A stretch of DNA of 64,000 nucleotides from Octopus vulgaris. Lineage: Eukaryota. A model generated the notes under the pieces. That model ran no database searches. It saw only the letters and a program-made list of their open reading frames with translations, and was not told the DNA's origin. Shown in pieces: positions 40,141 through 54,256 of this stretch; position 1 is the first letter of the stretch; each line of letters begins with the position of its first letter. The stretch spans positions 40,114,001 to 40,178,000 of the forward strand of contig OX597820.1 in the NCBI GenBank assembly GCA_951406725.2, written 5' to 3'. The translations under genes were made by a program, and so were the position numbers.

Positions 40141-41498
40141 TTAAATCTTATTGCTTTTCTTTTACTGAGCTGAGGCTCTCTGACACTAGTGTGATCGATA
40201 CGGTATTCGCTGAATCTGCCCGGAAAAAGTGGGCGGAGACAGAATTACGCAATGTTGGCATTCTGGTGAGGAGAACGCAGCAAAGTGGTTAGATCGGTCC
40301 CCGAGTACAAGAGATGACGTGTATATGATATACTAACAGCCGCTTCGTATTTGCACACTTTCCAATATCCAGCAGTTTTTTCTATAAAGTGCATGAGTTT
40401 TTATCATAACGTATATTTTCAGCATTTGTAACAATCACATTGCAGGTAAAAACACACTGATTTGAAAGTATTTGAAGGTAGATGCATTACTCTATGGCCG
40501 AGCTAGCAAGTGACAACTCCAAACATTCGTGCATTAGGTTTCATCAGCGAAGGTATGTCAGCTATGTTAAACTTAAAACAATAAAGCACGGAGACGGAGA
40601 TTGATTATTCAGAGATGCCATCTGCATGATGAGCATTTAGATACGTTACTGTTAACATGCTTAATGCAACGAACTAAAATATAAAAAAAGAACAAGAAAA
40701 AGCATTTTAAATATTTACGCGCTAAAAAGACAACATTAGCACAATGATTAATGTTATTTCAATCCTGGACATGCTTTGGTTATATTATACCTCATCAGTG
40801 AAGCATAGACTTCATCGCACTTGCTGAAGTCTTGCTTAGAGTATCACAAATTATATCTTACTATGCTCGCTTCCAATGGAGCTTTTTAAAAGAATTTTAA
40901 AAAATTTCTTTTTATCATATTTCTCCGGACATTTCGGCTCTATTAGTCAAAGTTATATTTGCGGAAGCATTCTGTATGGAAATGGAAAAGAAATAGATAT
41001 ATATGTTATATGTCACTGAGAGAAATTTGAATGGAATCATACTCATTGAATATGTGAGTTTAAATTTGAAGAAATAAGAATTTCACTGGTTTAGAATAAC
41101 TTGCTTGGGATTATTTTTATCGTTCCAGTAGATATTTCTGAAAGATTTTCGATACGATATATTCTAAGATATTTGCCACTGGCAAATTATTTTCCTGGGA
41201 AGGGTAAAAACAAACATCGTGGTAATAATTAAAAGAATGAAGAGATATAACCTGCAGATTTTGTTGAAACTATTGTGTAATCCAACATTATTATTGTGAT
41301 AGCTATCATTTCTCAATATGACTTTTAAATATTTCAATATTTCTAGTTCCCTTTAAAATGCATTTATATATTTATATATAACAATTAAAATTAAGGATAA
41401 AATCTATCATAGAATTTTATCAAGTAGCTAGCATGTAAAAGCCAATTAAGGTAAAAATTAATAAAAAGTACATAATTTTATAAATATAATTATAAAAT

Positions 41499-41931
41499 TA
41501 TAATAAGTACAATTACGAGGTAATTTCACATGCTAGAAGAAGACGCCCAATGGCTCTAAACTACTTTTTCTATCACATAAACTCGCGCTGAAAGCGTGGG
41601 AATGAACAAAAAAGATTTTTTGAAAAAGATTATTCATATGTCGAACGATTTCAGGTTTAATGATGTAATACACTCTACCATCATCAGTATGACATAACAT
41701 AACCAAAAGTACATAATTATAAACATTTATACATACCCTATATAAATAACGTATCCATAGTGCATATACAAATGTTCACACTTATATAGAAGTTAAAAAT
41801 CTAGTTCGTTCATCTCAGCTACGTGTGTATAACCAAAATGGCTTAGCGAGTGTTTATGTGATAAAGTAGTTTAGAGCCATTTCGCGTCTTCTTCTAGTAT
41901 GTGGTATTACCTTGTAATTGCTCTTATTATA
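41499..41931. mobile_element. Foldback element (~90-bp arms) with a hammerhead-like motif in the spacer, probably Penelope-derived
   Basis: CTAGAAGAAGACGCCCAATGGCTCTAAACTACTTT pairs with AAAGTAGTTTAGAGCCATTTCGCGTCTTCTTCTAG. Confidence 0.8.
41634..41692 (-). ncRNA. Type I hammerhead ribozyme-like motif, degenerate
   Basis: UCAUA-CUGAUGA-UGGU..ACCU-GAAA-UCGUUCGA-CA-UAUGA: 5-bp stem I, exact core boxes, near-palindromic stem III; cleavage site CA instead of UH. Confidence 0.55.
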
Positions 41932-41985
41932 GTTATATAAGTATATTTTCCAAAATTACATACGTTGTATATATATGTATATATG

Positions 41986-42030
<45 letters not shown>

Positions 42031-42048
42031 AGAGGGAAAGAGTAAGAA

Positions 42049-42112
<64 letters not shown>

Positions 42113-42319
42113 ATCGACAGATGATATATGTAAGAGTGATATAAATGTATTCTTATACACCTTTAAATTTTAATTCACCATATCAGTATTATGACTTTTG
42201 TCGAATGTTAATTTTATTCTCCGCAAATACGTTGTCAGCATCTGAGTGAATGAATTCTTTCACTATTTTGTTATTCGATTTGATTTATTTAAAAAATCAC
42301 TTTTAGTACGCTATTGTGG

Positions 42320-43130
42320 TCGGCAATATGTTGTCGAAATAATTTGCTTAATATAATTTGGTTGACGTTATCCATTGATTTAGACATCTTTCTTGAATCG
42401 TCGAATTTCTTCCCAACTGTTGGCCATCAGTATTTTATTTATCCGTGGTGAACCTATTGTCTCATATCGTCTTTGATATTCTGTGTATATTCCACCGGTT
42501 ATTTGGGTTACCATCATACTATAACTGATTCGTATTGCTGTTGTTATGGTTGCTATGGTTGTTGCTCTTGTTGCTACAATTTCTCGTAGACCCAGATCAG
42601 CTTTACTCAACCAGTCATTTGGCACTTGTATTATTGGCAGAATAGTTAGGTGCAAACCGCAGATTTATTTTAACTGAGAAGCATACTAAATGCTCTGATA
42701 TGTTGTTAAATGATATGGGTTGCTATGTCATAGTTTGGACATATAACCTTTTCCATTTCGAAATCTAGACGTGTGCATTGAAAATTTGAGTTACTTGCAA
42801 AGGATCAGTCTACTCGCCTGAAGTGTTTGAAGTGTCTCTCACCATAGAAGATTCCTTGTATGTCTGACCTCGAAATCATAACAACACGTCTTGAATAGTG
42901 ACGTCGCTTTATAGCCAGCATACAATACTTTGAAGAACTGCGTTGTCCCATCGATTTCTTGTCAGATTATTTGTTGTATGATGAATATTTTTGTTGAGCA
43001 GCAGATGTTACATTTCAAAGTCCACCGGATATTTCGCTGTTTTTATGCGGCTAGGCTGATTGACCGAATTACAGAAAAACTACGAAATTGCCTTCTGTGT
43101 ATTCAGTGTTGATGTATTATTGACATCTGG
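42320..43130 (-). mobile_element. Highly decayed Tc1/Tc3-like transposase relic
   Basis: Minus-strand fragments in the expected order: GQRSSSK..IKRRH, RLDF/KWKKVI, APNYSANNT/DWL, ANSWEEI. Confidence 0.4.
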
Positions 43131-43162
43131 TAACTACGGCTATAAAATCTCTGTCTTTTTGT

Positions 43163-43264
43163 CTGAGTAATCTATTCAGGAAGAAGCCGGTATGAAAGGG
43201 ATGCATGTATGCCCTGAGTAATCTATTCAGGAGGAAGCCAGTATGAAAGAGATGTATGTATGCC
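43163..43264. repeat. 51-bp tandem duplication
   Basis: CTGAGTAATCTATTCAGGA at 43163 and 43214. Confidence 0.9.
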
Positions 43265-45639
43265 TTGATGAAAACAGCACACAGTCCAGCCTAAGTTCAA
43301 TGGACCAATTAAAGGAAAATCTAGATGTTTGAGGCAGCATTCCATACATTGATGAAGCAAATCCTTCACGAGAGTTGATATCATATGAAGATCGAATTGG
43401 AAGCAGAATTGCACTGAAACAAAAACAAACAAAACTTTTGTTTTACGGAAACAAAAATCTTTTATTTAATGTGGAGTGACTAGTGGCAACAAATAGGGAA
43501 CTGTTCATTACAAGTGTCATTTGTCTTTTGCTAGCCATACTTTGTCCGTCGGACGCGTATTGTAATTGACACACACAAATTTTCACATATATGCATTGTA
43601 TTTAACAGAGATATTGCATTTTTACAGATAAAACATTTAACGCAGGTATTGCCTTTTACATTTAGATTTTCTTTATCTGGCATACTAACTTTAACACAAA
43701 TATTGTGTTGAACACATATTTTGCTATTAAAACAGATATTAGCATTAATAAAAATGATGATCTTACATCAGAAAAGAATGACTAAAATAAATACACATAA
43801 ACGTCTATTGCTTGTATAACGACTTGTAAAATATATGGTAGCATAGCCAGCATAATGCATCAAAAGATTTCAGTTAATTAGGAAAAAATATTTAGAGAAG
43901 TGAAAGAAATTGACGTCTTAAGAAGGAGGCCTGGTCAAGTAATGTAGGCGATTTCGTAGTTAACGAAAATAGTAAAATTTAATAAAGTGACTAAATACAA
44001 TTCTGTTGACAGTAGGTGGGGACAACTAAGGGCATGTTTTGCTCTAACTGGAACTCAACGAAGCATGTGTAGCTATTATATCTTAATGAAACAAAGATTT
44101 CTCTTTAACATACAACACACATTTTAAAATAAGTACATTGTTTGATGGCATAAAGATAATGTAACACATATCGCGTTAAACATTAATTCGTGTTCTGCTA
44201 TAAGGATTCATGCTGCTATTGAAAGAAAGGTAGTTAAAATAGCGTTCGCGGAATGTGTTTTTACTGGGTATTCTAATGTTGAAAATTTGAAAAGATAATA
44301 ACAATTATAATGTGTTTTTTAGAATAAATATTATTCTTAGTTAGCTTCAAGTCAGAATAGATCGTGTAAACCTATGATGAAAGGCGTTCCATCTATACCA
44401 CCCCGTCTTTCAATTATTTTGCTGCGCATGTACATGATGCACAGAAGCAAAAATTAATGAAGTGTTTGGAAATGAAACGGTGAGAGCGGACAAGCAGCAA
44501 TCAGCTGAAAATTTCGGAGAAGTTATTTCGCAAAAGTGCAAATTTCCACTACAACCGAAAGTCGACTTAGGTATAAGAGACTTAGAATCTGCGTTCACGC
44601 AGAAAGAGTTTCATTTCAGTTATTGATACAAATATTGAGTAATTTCCAGATGTCTAATATTATATGAATAACTGAAAATCGACATACCGCACATACATGC
44701 AATAGCAAACTTTTTTGGAAACATACATGGTGTGTTGGGGTATAGTAGTGCAGGTGTGGTGTGGTAATGGAAGTGTGACGTGTTAGAGTGTAACATCTCA
44801 TCCTATTGGGGGGCTGGTAATTTTCATGAGTGTAGTAGTATTAATTGCTCGCTATTTCCAACTTTCCCTCGCTAAATTAATTTTGTTCTGAAAAATCTTG
44901 GGTGAGGTGGATGGGATATTGAGGTGTTGGTGAAATGGTGATGGAATGCTGTAATTCAAAATATCTGTGAGTGTGGAGGAAAGAGTGTACATAGAGGTGC
45001 AACTCATCAGGAAAAGGAAATGTGACAGAAAGGAATATATAATTAGAATGAAAACAAGAAACAAATTGATAAATATAAAATTATTTAAATCGATTATTTC
45101 TTCGCATGAATGCTATTTAAGGCGTGGCAGTATACAAATGAAATGCTTTGGACTAGAAGGGAATTTCAGAGAAGCAGATAGGAATAAGATAACGGACAAT
45201 GAAAAGATGCCGCTGGTAAAGTGAAGAAAATTATGAAAATAATGAACACAATTGAATAAATGAAACGGGAGAAATTTAAAGAGGTAAGGAGAGGTTATCT
45301 CGATGGAAACCGTCTGGTAGACAATAAAAGTGTTAGTAAATCTAATATCAAAAATTGAAATTTCATTGAAAAACAGAAAAGTAAAACAATTAATAGACAG
45401 ACAAAAGTACAATATTTTGTTTGCTGGATTTAAATAATTAGAAGTTTTCGATTTGGTGATTTTTAAACAAATGTAAACATGTGTTAATATTTAGTCTTGA
45501 TATTTCAGTGCTAGATTATTTAACACTAATATGATTTGGTGCACCATGTCATATATCTTCAGTTCACATACAATTTGCAATAATCATGTCGTAAATCAGT
45601 GAAAGACATATCGTTCCAAGAGTCTCGGCTTAATTTTCT

Positions 45640-45872
45640 TATTTCTTTACTGCCCACAAGAAGCTACACATAGAGAGGACAAACAAGCACAGACAAACGG
45701 ATTAAGTCGATTATATCGACCCCAGTGTGTAACTGGTACTTCTTTAATCGACCCCGAAAGGATGAAAGACAAAGTTGACCTTGGCGGAATTTGAACTCAG
45801 AATATAGCGGCAGACGAAATACCGCTAAGCATTTCGCCCGGCGTGCCAACGTTTCTGCCAGCTCGCCGCCTT
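45640..45872 (-). mobile_element. SINE family A (tail type 1), full length with decayed ~17-bp TSD
   Basis: Near-consensus copy; flanks TCTCGGCTTAATTTTCT and TCTCAGTTTGATTTTCT. Confidence 0.9.
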
Positions 45873-48024
45873 CTCTCAGTTTGATTTTCTGTGTAAATTG
45901 TGCTTATGGGCGTTTTAGAATGTTTTTGGTCAGTGCAAACGATAAACTAGCACTATTCTAAGAGTGGGTATCACTCGGTTAATGTTATTGGCATATTGCA
46001 AATAAACATATATGTAATAGAATCCACTTTGTTTGTGAAATAAAAGTTTATATTACCAAAACAAGCCCCATAAGCATGATTTTATTTGCTGTGAAAGAGC
46101 ATTTTTTAATCTCTTAGATGTATCTAACAAATTAGTATTGCTATAATGTAAATCGTGAGGAGCTCTAGATAAAAAGGATGTAAAGAAAATTTTTGCCCTA
46201 CTTTTGTTTCTCAATAATATATTCCCATTACTTCCTCCGCTTTCCTGAACCCTTTTATGAAAATCAAAATTCATGTGGATGAAATTCAGTTTCCTTGAAC
46301 AAAGAAGGACAGCGTAATGATAAATCTTCAAAGAATGGTATTTTGTATTGAAAAAAAAACTTTCAAAAAAGGTATACAAGCTCATGCATAACTGAATGAA
46401 GTAATGTTGCCTTCACAGCCGCGTGGTTCGAGGAATAATTTCACGGAGTAATTTTCTTCTAATATAACCTCAGATAAACTAACGCATTGAAATTTGGTTG
46501 ACATGATTTTAAATGAAAAGCTAGCATGCATTCTTTATGCCTTCATGTAAGTTATATTATGCACTTTGCTATCTTGAAAATAATATATTGAAGGCATTTG
46601 GATAAGAAAGTAGATAAAATATAACAAAAGATAAAACTGAGAAAGAGAGAGAGAGAAAGAGAGATAGAGAGGTAGGGAGAAGAAAGAGAGAGAGAGAGGA
46701 GAGAAAGTGATAGGTAGGGAGAGATTATTAAACTTTGGCAAGTTAAAAATTATTGACGATTATTAAATGAATAAGTTACAAGATTTATAATGGAAATATG
46801 TAGAATATGTTTTCTTACAGAATATTTTATTTTAAGGTAAATATATGGTTTGAAGTCCATAACAGATATTCTACAAAACACCTTAGGTATTATAAGCTTT
46901 CGAGACATTGAGGAATCTTGTATAGAGAAATACCTCTCCTATATCCCGCATAACATCTGCAAAACGCTCTTAGCTAAGCAAAGAAATATTTTATCATATT
47001 ATTCCAACTATACAAACTTCGTCTTCCTATAGCCTGAAGACCAGCTTGGAAACTTGGTCGGTTTTTTTATGGTCTCAACTCTAATGTCTCTCAATCTCCC
47101 AGTAGCAATTTCGATGTTTCTTCTCGTCTGATAAGAAACGACATAACTTTCGCACATGTGTCAAAGAATGTTCTCAATTCTCTGACTACACTTTTCAAAC
47201 TTTTCTCAGATACATTTCCAAAATTACCTGCTTAGCAGAATTTAGGATCATTCGATATGTAGCTGACTGAGTTTATATATAATAGTTTTCTCCAGTCATC
47301 TAATTTCAGAATTTACTCTTTATGACAAATAAAATGGGGCATTTAACTAATTAAAAAAAATGACGTCAACAAATCTCTTTGTAATAATGTTACTGATTCT
47401 AATTATGGTACATGGTCAACAATTTTCAGTTTATATAAATCAGTGCTACTTATTTATATAAACCATAGAAAGGCAATAAACAAGGCAAGGTCGATGTCCA
47501 AGAGATTTGAACTCAGAACATAAATAGCTAGAACGAATGGCCCAAGATGTTTCTCCAGTGCTGTAACCACTCTGCCAACTACAACTTTCATATTTAACTC
47601 TACAATAGGAAATCTTATAAAACGATTTCTAGTCAGAAACAAAAAACTTGTATTTTACATAATGAAAAAGGATTTCTTCGGTTGGAAAAATGTTGAGAAG
47701 ATTTTATGTTAAATTTATCTGATACATTTCTAACAAATAATTTTAATCAATATAAATAATAATATCTCTTTTTAAAGTTATCTCGACCAATTTTCTATAG
47801 AAATTAGAACCAGCGCTGCAAGTTACAACAATTCTTTTTTTCGAATATGTCTTATGTAAACAATGCTACTGAAGATAGGAGAATAAGTAATGGGGACATA
47901 GTTCAGGATTTCGTGCTCCTTCTCTAAGAACCACATGCAACTCATTAACCAGCCACGAACACATTGTTTCAATAATCACTAATTATATGTGAGGAAAGAA
48001 ATACGTTTATTTAAAAAAAATTAT

Positions 48025-48215
48025 TTTTGTTTCAATCATTTGACTGCAGCCATGCTGGAGCACCGCCTTTAGTCGAACAAATCAACCCTAGGACTTATTC
48101 TTTGTAAGCCTGGTACTTATTCTATCGGTTCTTTTTGCCGACCGCTAAGTTACGAGGACGTGAACACATCAGCATCGATTGTCAAGCGATGGTGGGGTGG
48201 CCAAACACAGACACA

Positions 48216-48275
<60 letters not shown>

Positions 48276-48405
48276 CGACAGGCTTCTTTCAGTTTCCCTC
48301 TACCAAAACCACTCACAAGGCTTTGGTCGACCCGAGGCTATAGTTGAAGACACTTGCCAAAGGTTCCACGCAGTGGGACTGAACCCGGAAGTATGTGGTT
48401 GGTAA
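48025..48405 (-). mobile_element. SINE family B with internal (CA)n(TA)n
   Basis: Reverse complement of the element at 15915-16316. Confidence 0.85.
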
Positions 48406-48499
48406 GCACACACATACACGCACACAAACAAACACACACACCGCCAAAGCAGAGTCTGTGAATCAAAATCTAAATTATTAATGACTACAACAATAATAC

Positions 48500-49642
48500 T
48501 TGCTACAAATGTTGGCACAAGATCAACAATTTTAAGCGCTAAGTGTAAGTTGATTACATCGAACATTGTCCTTTATTGATACTTTTCTATCAACTTCGAA
48601 GGATAAAAGACAAAGTCGATCTTGACGGAATATGAACTTAGGACGTAAAGCCGTACAGAGAGCTACTAAACATTTTGTCTGGCATGCCTTCAATTCTGCC
48701 AGCTCTCGGACTTAGTAACAACGACAACGACAACAACAACAACAAGAACAATAGCAAAAATATTACATAGGCGCAGGGCCTGAAATTTAGGGTAGGGGAT
48801 AAGTCGATTACATAGACAAGTGCTTAAGTGGTACTTATTTTATCGACCTCGAAAGGATGAAATGCGAAGACTATCTCGGCGGAATTTGAGCTCAGAACGT
48901 AAGTACGGTCGAAATACTGGCAAGTTTTTTCGCTCGGCGCGCGAAAAATTCTGCCAGCTCGCCGCCCTAATAATAATAATAATAATAATTATTATTATTA
49001 TTATAATAATAATAATAATAATAATAATAGTAGTAGTTTCGAATTTTGACACAAGGCCAGGAACATTAGGGAAGGGTGCTAGTCGATTACATCGAACTCA
49101 GTGCTCAATAGAGACTTAATTTATCGATCTCCGAAAGGATGAAAGGCAAGACAAACCCAGCAGAATTTGAACCCAAAACGTGCAGACAGATGAAATGCCA
49201 CTAAGCGTTTTGCGCGGCGTGCTAACGATTCTGTCACCTCACTGCTTTTTTATTATAGGGACAAAGCCTGAAATTTTTGTGGGGGGTTAATAGGAGTAAG
49301 TCTATTACATCGAACTCACTGCATAATTGATATATATTTCATCGAAATCCAAAGGATAAAAGGAAAAGTTGACATTGGCGGAATTCAAATTCAGAATGTT
49401 AAGACAGATGAAATACTGCAAAGCATTTCAAACTTGTTTCAAATTTTAGCACAAGGCGCGCAAGTTTGGGGGACGTGGTAAGTCGATTACATCGAACCCT
49501 GGTATACTGGTACTTATTTCATCGACCCTGAAAGGACGGAAGGTAAAGTCGAACTAGGCGGAATTTGAACTCAGAACCTGAAAACGGACGAAATGCCGCA
49601 CAAGATTTTGCACGACATGCTAATGATTCGGCCAGCTCGCAG
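48500..49642 (-). mobile_element. Cluster of five head-to-tail SINE family A (type 2) copies
   Basis: Repeated GTCGATTACATCGA...GAAAGGATGAAA...GGAATTTGAACTCAGAA modules starting at ~48500, 48770, 49040, 49255 and 49440. Confidence 0.85.
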
Positions 49643-51669
49643 CCATGCATTGTTTTTGGCCGCAAAAAATAACGAAACAAACCATTAAAGGCAATACAAA
49701 GACAAGAGCAGTGGAGATTTACATAACAAAATGTAAAAATAATTATAAAACATAACAACTAAATCCCCCAATGGAGGAAAATGCCACCCAAGTATGAGCA
49801 AAGATCGTCACAGATCACAAGTAACGGTACTCATCAAGTGTGCCATGACAAATGCTCCTGCCTCCTGAGTACTTTACAGCTTACAGGCACATGCTGAGGG
49901 TAGGATAATTTATTTGGGTTATTCTCCCTATGTTCACTCATCTCTTTCTACATTTTCTTGGGCGTGGGGGCAGAACCTCTCCGAGCACACATACCTTTTC
50001 AAGTAAAACTTGAAAAAACTGATTTAAGTTTTACCAAAGGTAAGGGTATCTGTTTTCAACCCTTTTGGTCTTTCAACCACATAACTTCTTTTCTCAACTT
50101 CACCACGCAAATGAAGGTGGACGAAGAAGGTAGAGTGAGATATTGAACGCTGACTCAGCTGATAGCCAAATCCGACCTACACACAACTGCAGGCGTTCGA
50201 CACAATTCCTCAAGTCGGCAATGCTCAGGCACTATACGAGCGTATGCAGAGCAGTTTCATTGCTCTCTGAGTTTGATGAGCAATATAGGCTGACGGTATT
50301 TCTTCCGTGCTGGCTATGTCCCTGGTAGCAGTTTTATTCAAAAATGCATTGTCTCAATTACCTATCCACAACAGTTACAGGAGGCACGATTGACTTTAAG
50401 AAATGCATTTTGCACACCCGAGCTTTAACTCAAATGAGGCCACTAATGAATTTAACTCCATCGCTACCCACGTACTCCATACGCTATAGCATAAACTGAG
50501 GGCATACACTATAGCTTGTCTTACTACATTGCTTAGTGAGGAATACCCTACATTACAAATGGTATTAATTTTAAATTATGCTGCCGGGAATCGCTCATTA
50601 TATTGCGTCAAAAGATGATCTTATAAAATAAATTCCCCGACGTAAGTTTTGCTTACAGATTTCAAATTTTAGCACAAGGCCACAAGTATGAAGGAGGCGC
50701 TAAGACGATTACAACGACATCAGTACTCAACTGCTACTTATTTTATCGACCCTGAAAGGATGACAGGCAAAATCGACAATATTACAAGACATTTTCTCAT
50801 TAGATAAAATCCTTATAATCTCCCACTGTGTTAGTTAAACCATATCTTACTTGTTATACTTAACTTATCATTCTACCACTCTTATAGCGCTTACTTTTCA
50901 ATGCCATTCCCTTAAATTGAATGAATTTTTCTTCTTATCCTGTTATTATATTACTATAATAAACCCCTTCCTTATTGTACTGAGAACACGACATCCTTTA
51001 GGTGGCCCATTATGTTTATATACTCGTTGTCCGGTTTTTGCCAATTAATATATTCATCTCACATTTTCTCTTTGATCACTCCACCTTTCTTTCCCCCTCA
51101 TATCTTCGAAAACTTTCCTCATCACCATACTTTATCCATTTTCTAATATTTATGTGTGTCAAAAGTTGCTATAAAATATATATTCGCCATCCTGAAGTGG
51201 GTCAACCATCTTGACTTACCTGTTTCATCTGAAATTATTGTGCTGCAAGCACAACTGACATCATGTATATATATTTGATTAAAGCTTTGTCTCAGTAATA
51301 GGGAAATAGTAGAGGAGATAATACGTCGAATAATACCTTTTCTTTCCTTTCATTCGCTTTCTATATACTGTAATCTGTATTTCTATTTTGTGCTCCATGT
51401 AAATAGACGATGTATGCCTACCAGAGTTTATATGATGTTTCTACATCGCTTACTCTCTCTCTCTCTTCCTCTTCCTCTCCCTCCCTCTCTCTTGATCACC
51501 CTCTTCCTTTACTTTTCCTTTTCTCTCTCTGTGCTCTCACGACTCTCTATGTCTCTTCCACGTGGTAAGAAGCTTCCTTCCCAACCTCATAGTTGGAGGG
51601 AGAGAGAGAGGAAGGTAAAGAGAGAGATAAAGACATCGAAAGATAGATAGATAGGTAGATACAGTTTTA

Positions 51670-52040
51670 AGATACATCTCACGTATTCTCTGGGGTGCAT
51701 CAACAGTTACATTTTGGGGACATCAGTTGTGTTCGTGTCTCTCAGTGTCATCTCCACTCTCCCGGTGGACCTAGATGTCGTTGATCAAGTTTCAATTGAC
51801 TTCTTTCAAGTTTCGGCGAGAGAAATTTTAGCCCTTCTCTTTGCAGCGCCTGTAACTCCAGCCTGAGTCACAATTTTCCAAAATGAACGCCCCACAAAGC
51901 GTCGATAGCCTACATTTAGTACCTTTACAAACTTCCAATCCCGATTTGTGCACTACTTTAACACTTCCTGGTATTTGGCAGGCCCTTCTCATGGGGTTCC
52001 TCCATGCGGCATAGTCAGTTCCGACAAAATCATTTGTCTG
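51670..52040 (-). mobile_element. HERO/R2-like non-LTR 3' fragment (restriction-like endonuclease)
   Basis: Minus strand LSELTMP...AKYQEVLK*CTNRDWKFVKVLNVGYRRFVGRSFWK...GVTGAAKRRA resembles IELTVPWE..KY.EL...C...GW...VEVGCRGF.G.S. Confidence 0.65.
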
Positions 52041-52175
52041 TGCGTAAGTACATACATACATACATGCATACATTATACATACACACACACATACATACAT
52101 ACATACATAAATACACACATACATACATACATACAGACAGACAGGCAGACAGACAGACATACATACATACAGACT

Positions 52176-52582
52176 GGTATATCAAAACCAGAAAGGAAAA
52201 AGCTGATTCGAAGACTACAGATCCAAGTCATCACTGGAACTGTACAAATCTGTAAAACTTCCCAGAAGTTAATTATATTTAATTATATTACTTAATTATA
52301 GATGAGCATGTCTAAATATGTAAGTATATGCATGAGAAGACATACATGAAACAAAGCATACCAATCTGAACGTACACATACATATATTCATGCATACATA
52401 CATACATACATACATACATACATACATACATTCATACATAAAAACATACATACATACATACATACACATACAAAAATACCCTGTTGTTGATGAAGTTTCA
52501 GGGAGGGAGACTTGGTTGTAGGTTAGAAACTGTTTCTTACTCTATTGGCAAGAAATCTTGAAATAAAACTGAATAATGACAT
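52176..52582 (+). mobile_element. RLE-type non-LTR 3' fragment embedded in (CATA)n
   Basis: GISKPERKKLIRRLQIQVITGTVQICKTSQK then a UTR ending AATAAAACTGAATAATGA|CATCCATAC. Confidence 0.55.
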
Positions 52583-53438
52583 CCATACGTACGTGTGTAT
52601 GGTTATATCTGTGCGATTGTTCAGAAAGTTTCTTCGTTTTTTTTATTTTACATTGTACGTATGTGCGAGTATATAATTTATAAGCGTTTGTTGTATACGC
52701 CTCTGCCTATGTGGTCGGAGACGGTGATAGCTTTTATGTAACCAAAATTCCTACAACCAAAGACCCAATAAAGGTAGAAACATAATTATTATTAATATCT
52801 CTCATATGACTGTACAAGATATCCGGCTCCTCTAGTTTCTCCTTCTCGTAGTCGACGTCGTCATTAACTCCTCCCCTTCCCCCTCCTCCCCCTCCTCCCC
52901 CTCCTCCCCCTCCTCCCCTCCCCCTCCTCCCCTCCTCCTCAGCGTCGTCGTCATCATCAACACCATTAAAAGTTAGCTCTTCAACTTCTTCTCTTCATTC
53001 TCTCCCAATTTTCTCCTTTGCTTCGTTCTCCTTTTTCTTCACCACCTCATGCCATTACCCTTTTCCCTCGCTAGCTTCCTTCTTTTCCTTCTTTTATTGT
53101 TCATTCTTTTTCGACTGCTTCTGCATCATCTTGTTTTTCGTTTCTAATTCCTTGTACTCCTTCCCTTTCATCTACTTTTTTTCCTTCTTCCTTTCATCAG
53201 TAATGCTATCTCATAGCTTGCGAGGACAATGGCCTCTCATTTCAGGAACTACAGATGGATGAATTTTATCATTTCTTTCTTTCTTATTTTCTTTCTTTTA
53301 GCTTCAAAAGTTTTGTTTCTTCAATAATTTTCTTCTCTCTCTCATTCATTTTTTCATTGTTTTTTTCCGTCCAACTCTTTTTCTGTCATTCTTTTTGTCT
53401 TCTTGCTATCACTCTCTATCACTTTCTCTTTCTTTCTG

Positions 53439-53506
<68 letters not shown>

Positions 53507-53949
53507 ACAATTTTTGTCACTCACTCTTTTCATTCATTCTTTCATTGTGTCTGCTTTCTTCCTTTTTCTTTCTTACATTTTCTTTCATTCTTTCTTTCTT
53601 TCTTCTTTCTTTCTTTCTTCCTTTCTTTCTTTCGTTCTCTCAGTCTCCTTCTATCCCCCTCTTTGTCTCTCGCTCGCTGGCTTCTTTCTGTCGAGTGTAG
53701 TTTCTTCTTGTCTTTTTTTCTATTTACCGTCGATCACCAAGTCTTCTCAACATATCTCATTACCAGAAAGTGGTGAACAAGAATATGAAGAGAGGACGGG
53801 TTGTGAGGAGGGGAGCTAACAATATTAGAATGAGAGAATGGAAGAAGGAATAAATGAATAAATAAATAAACAGCAAATAAATTCGTAACAACCTAATAAT
53901 AGTCAAATGCAACGAAATATTTCATATACCTCACTGTATGAGAGAAGTT

Positions 53950-54256
<307 letters not shown>

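Noticed and set aside
44430-45400. Possible mariner N-terminal piece (KINEVFGNETV) and CR1/L2-like minus-strand relic
   Set aside because: Too degenerate to call without a profile search.
47030-47056. CTGAAGA-CCAGCTTG-GAAAC hammerhead-like string
   Set aside because: Stem II cannot form without consuming the G of GAAA, and there are no convincing stems I and III.
48500-49642. Repeat-spacer-like periodicity suggestive of a CRISPR array
   Set aside because: Units are ~200-bp diverged SINE copies, there are no cas genes, and the context is eukaryotic.
49780-50560. Relatively GC-balanced unique sequence, possible host exon
   Set aside because: Only ~60-aa ORFs with no recognisable domain and no convincing splice-site pair; RNA-seq or BLASTX would be needed.
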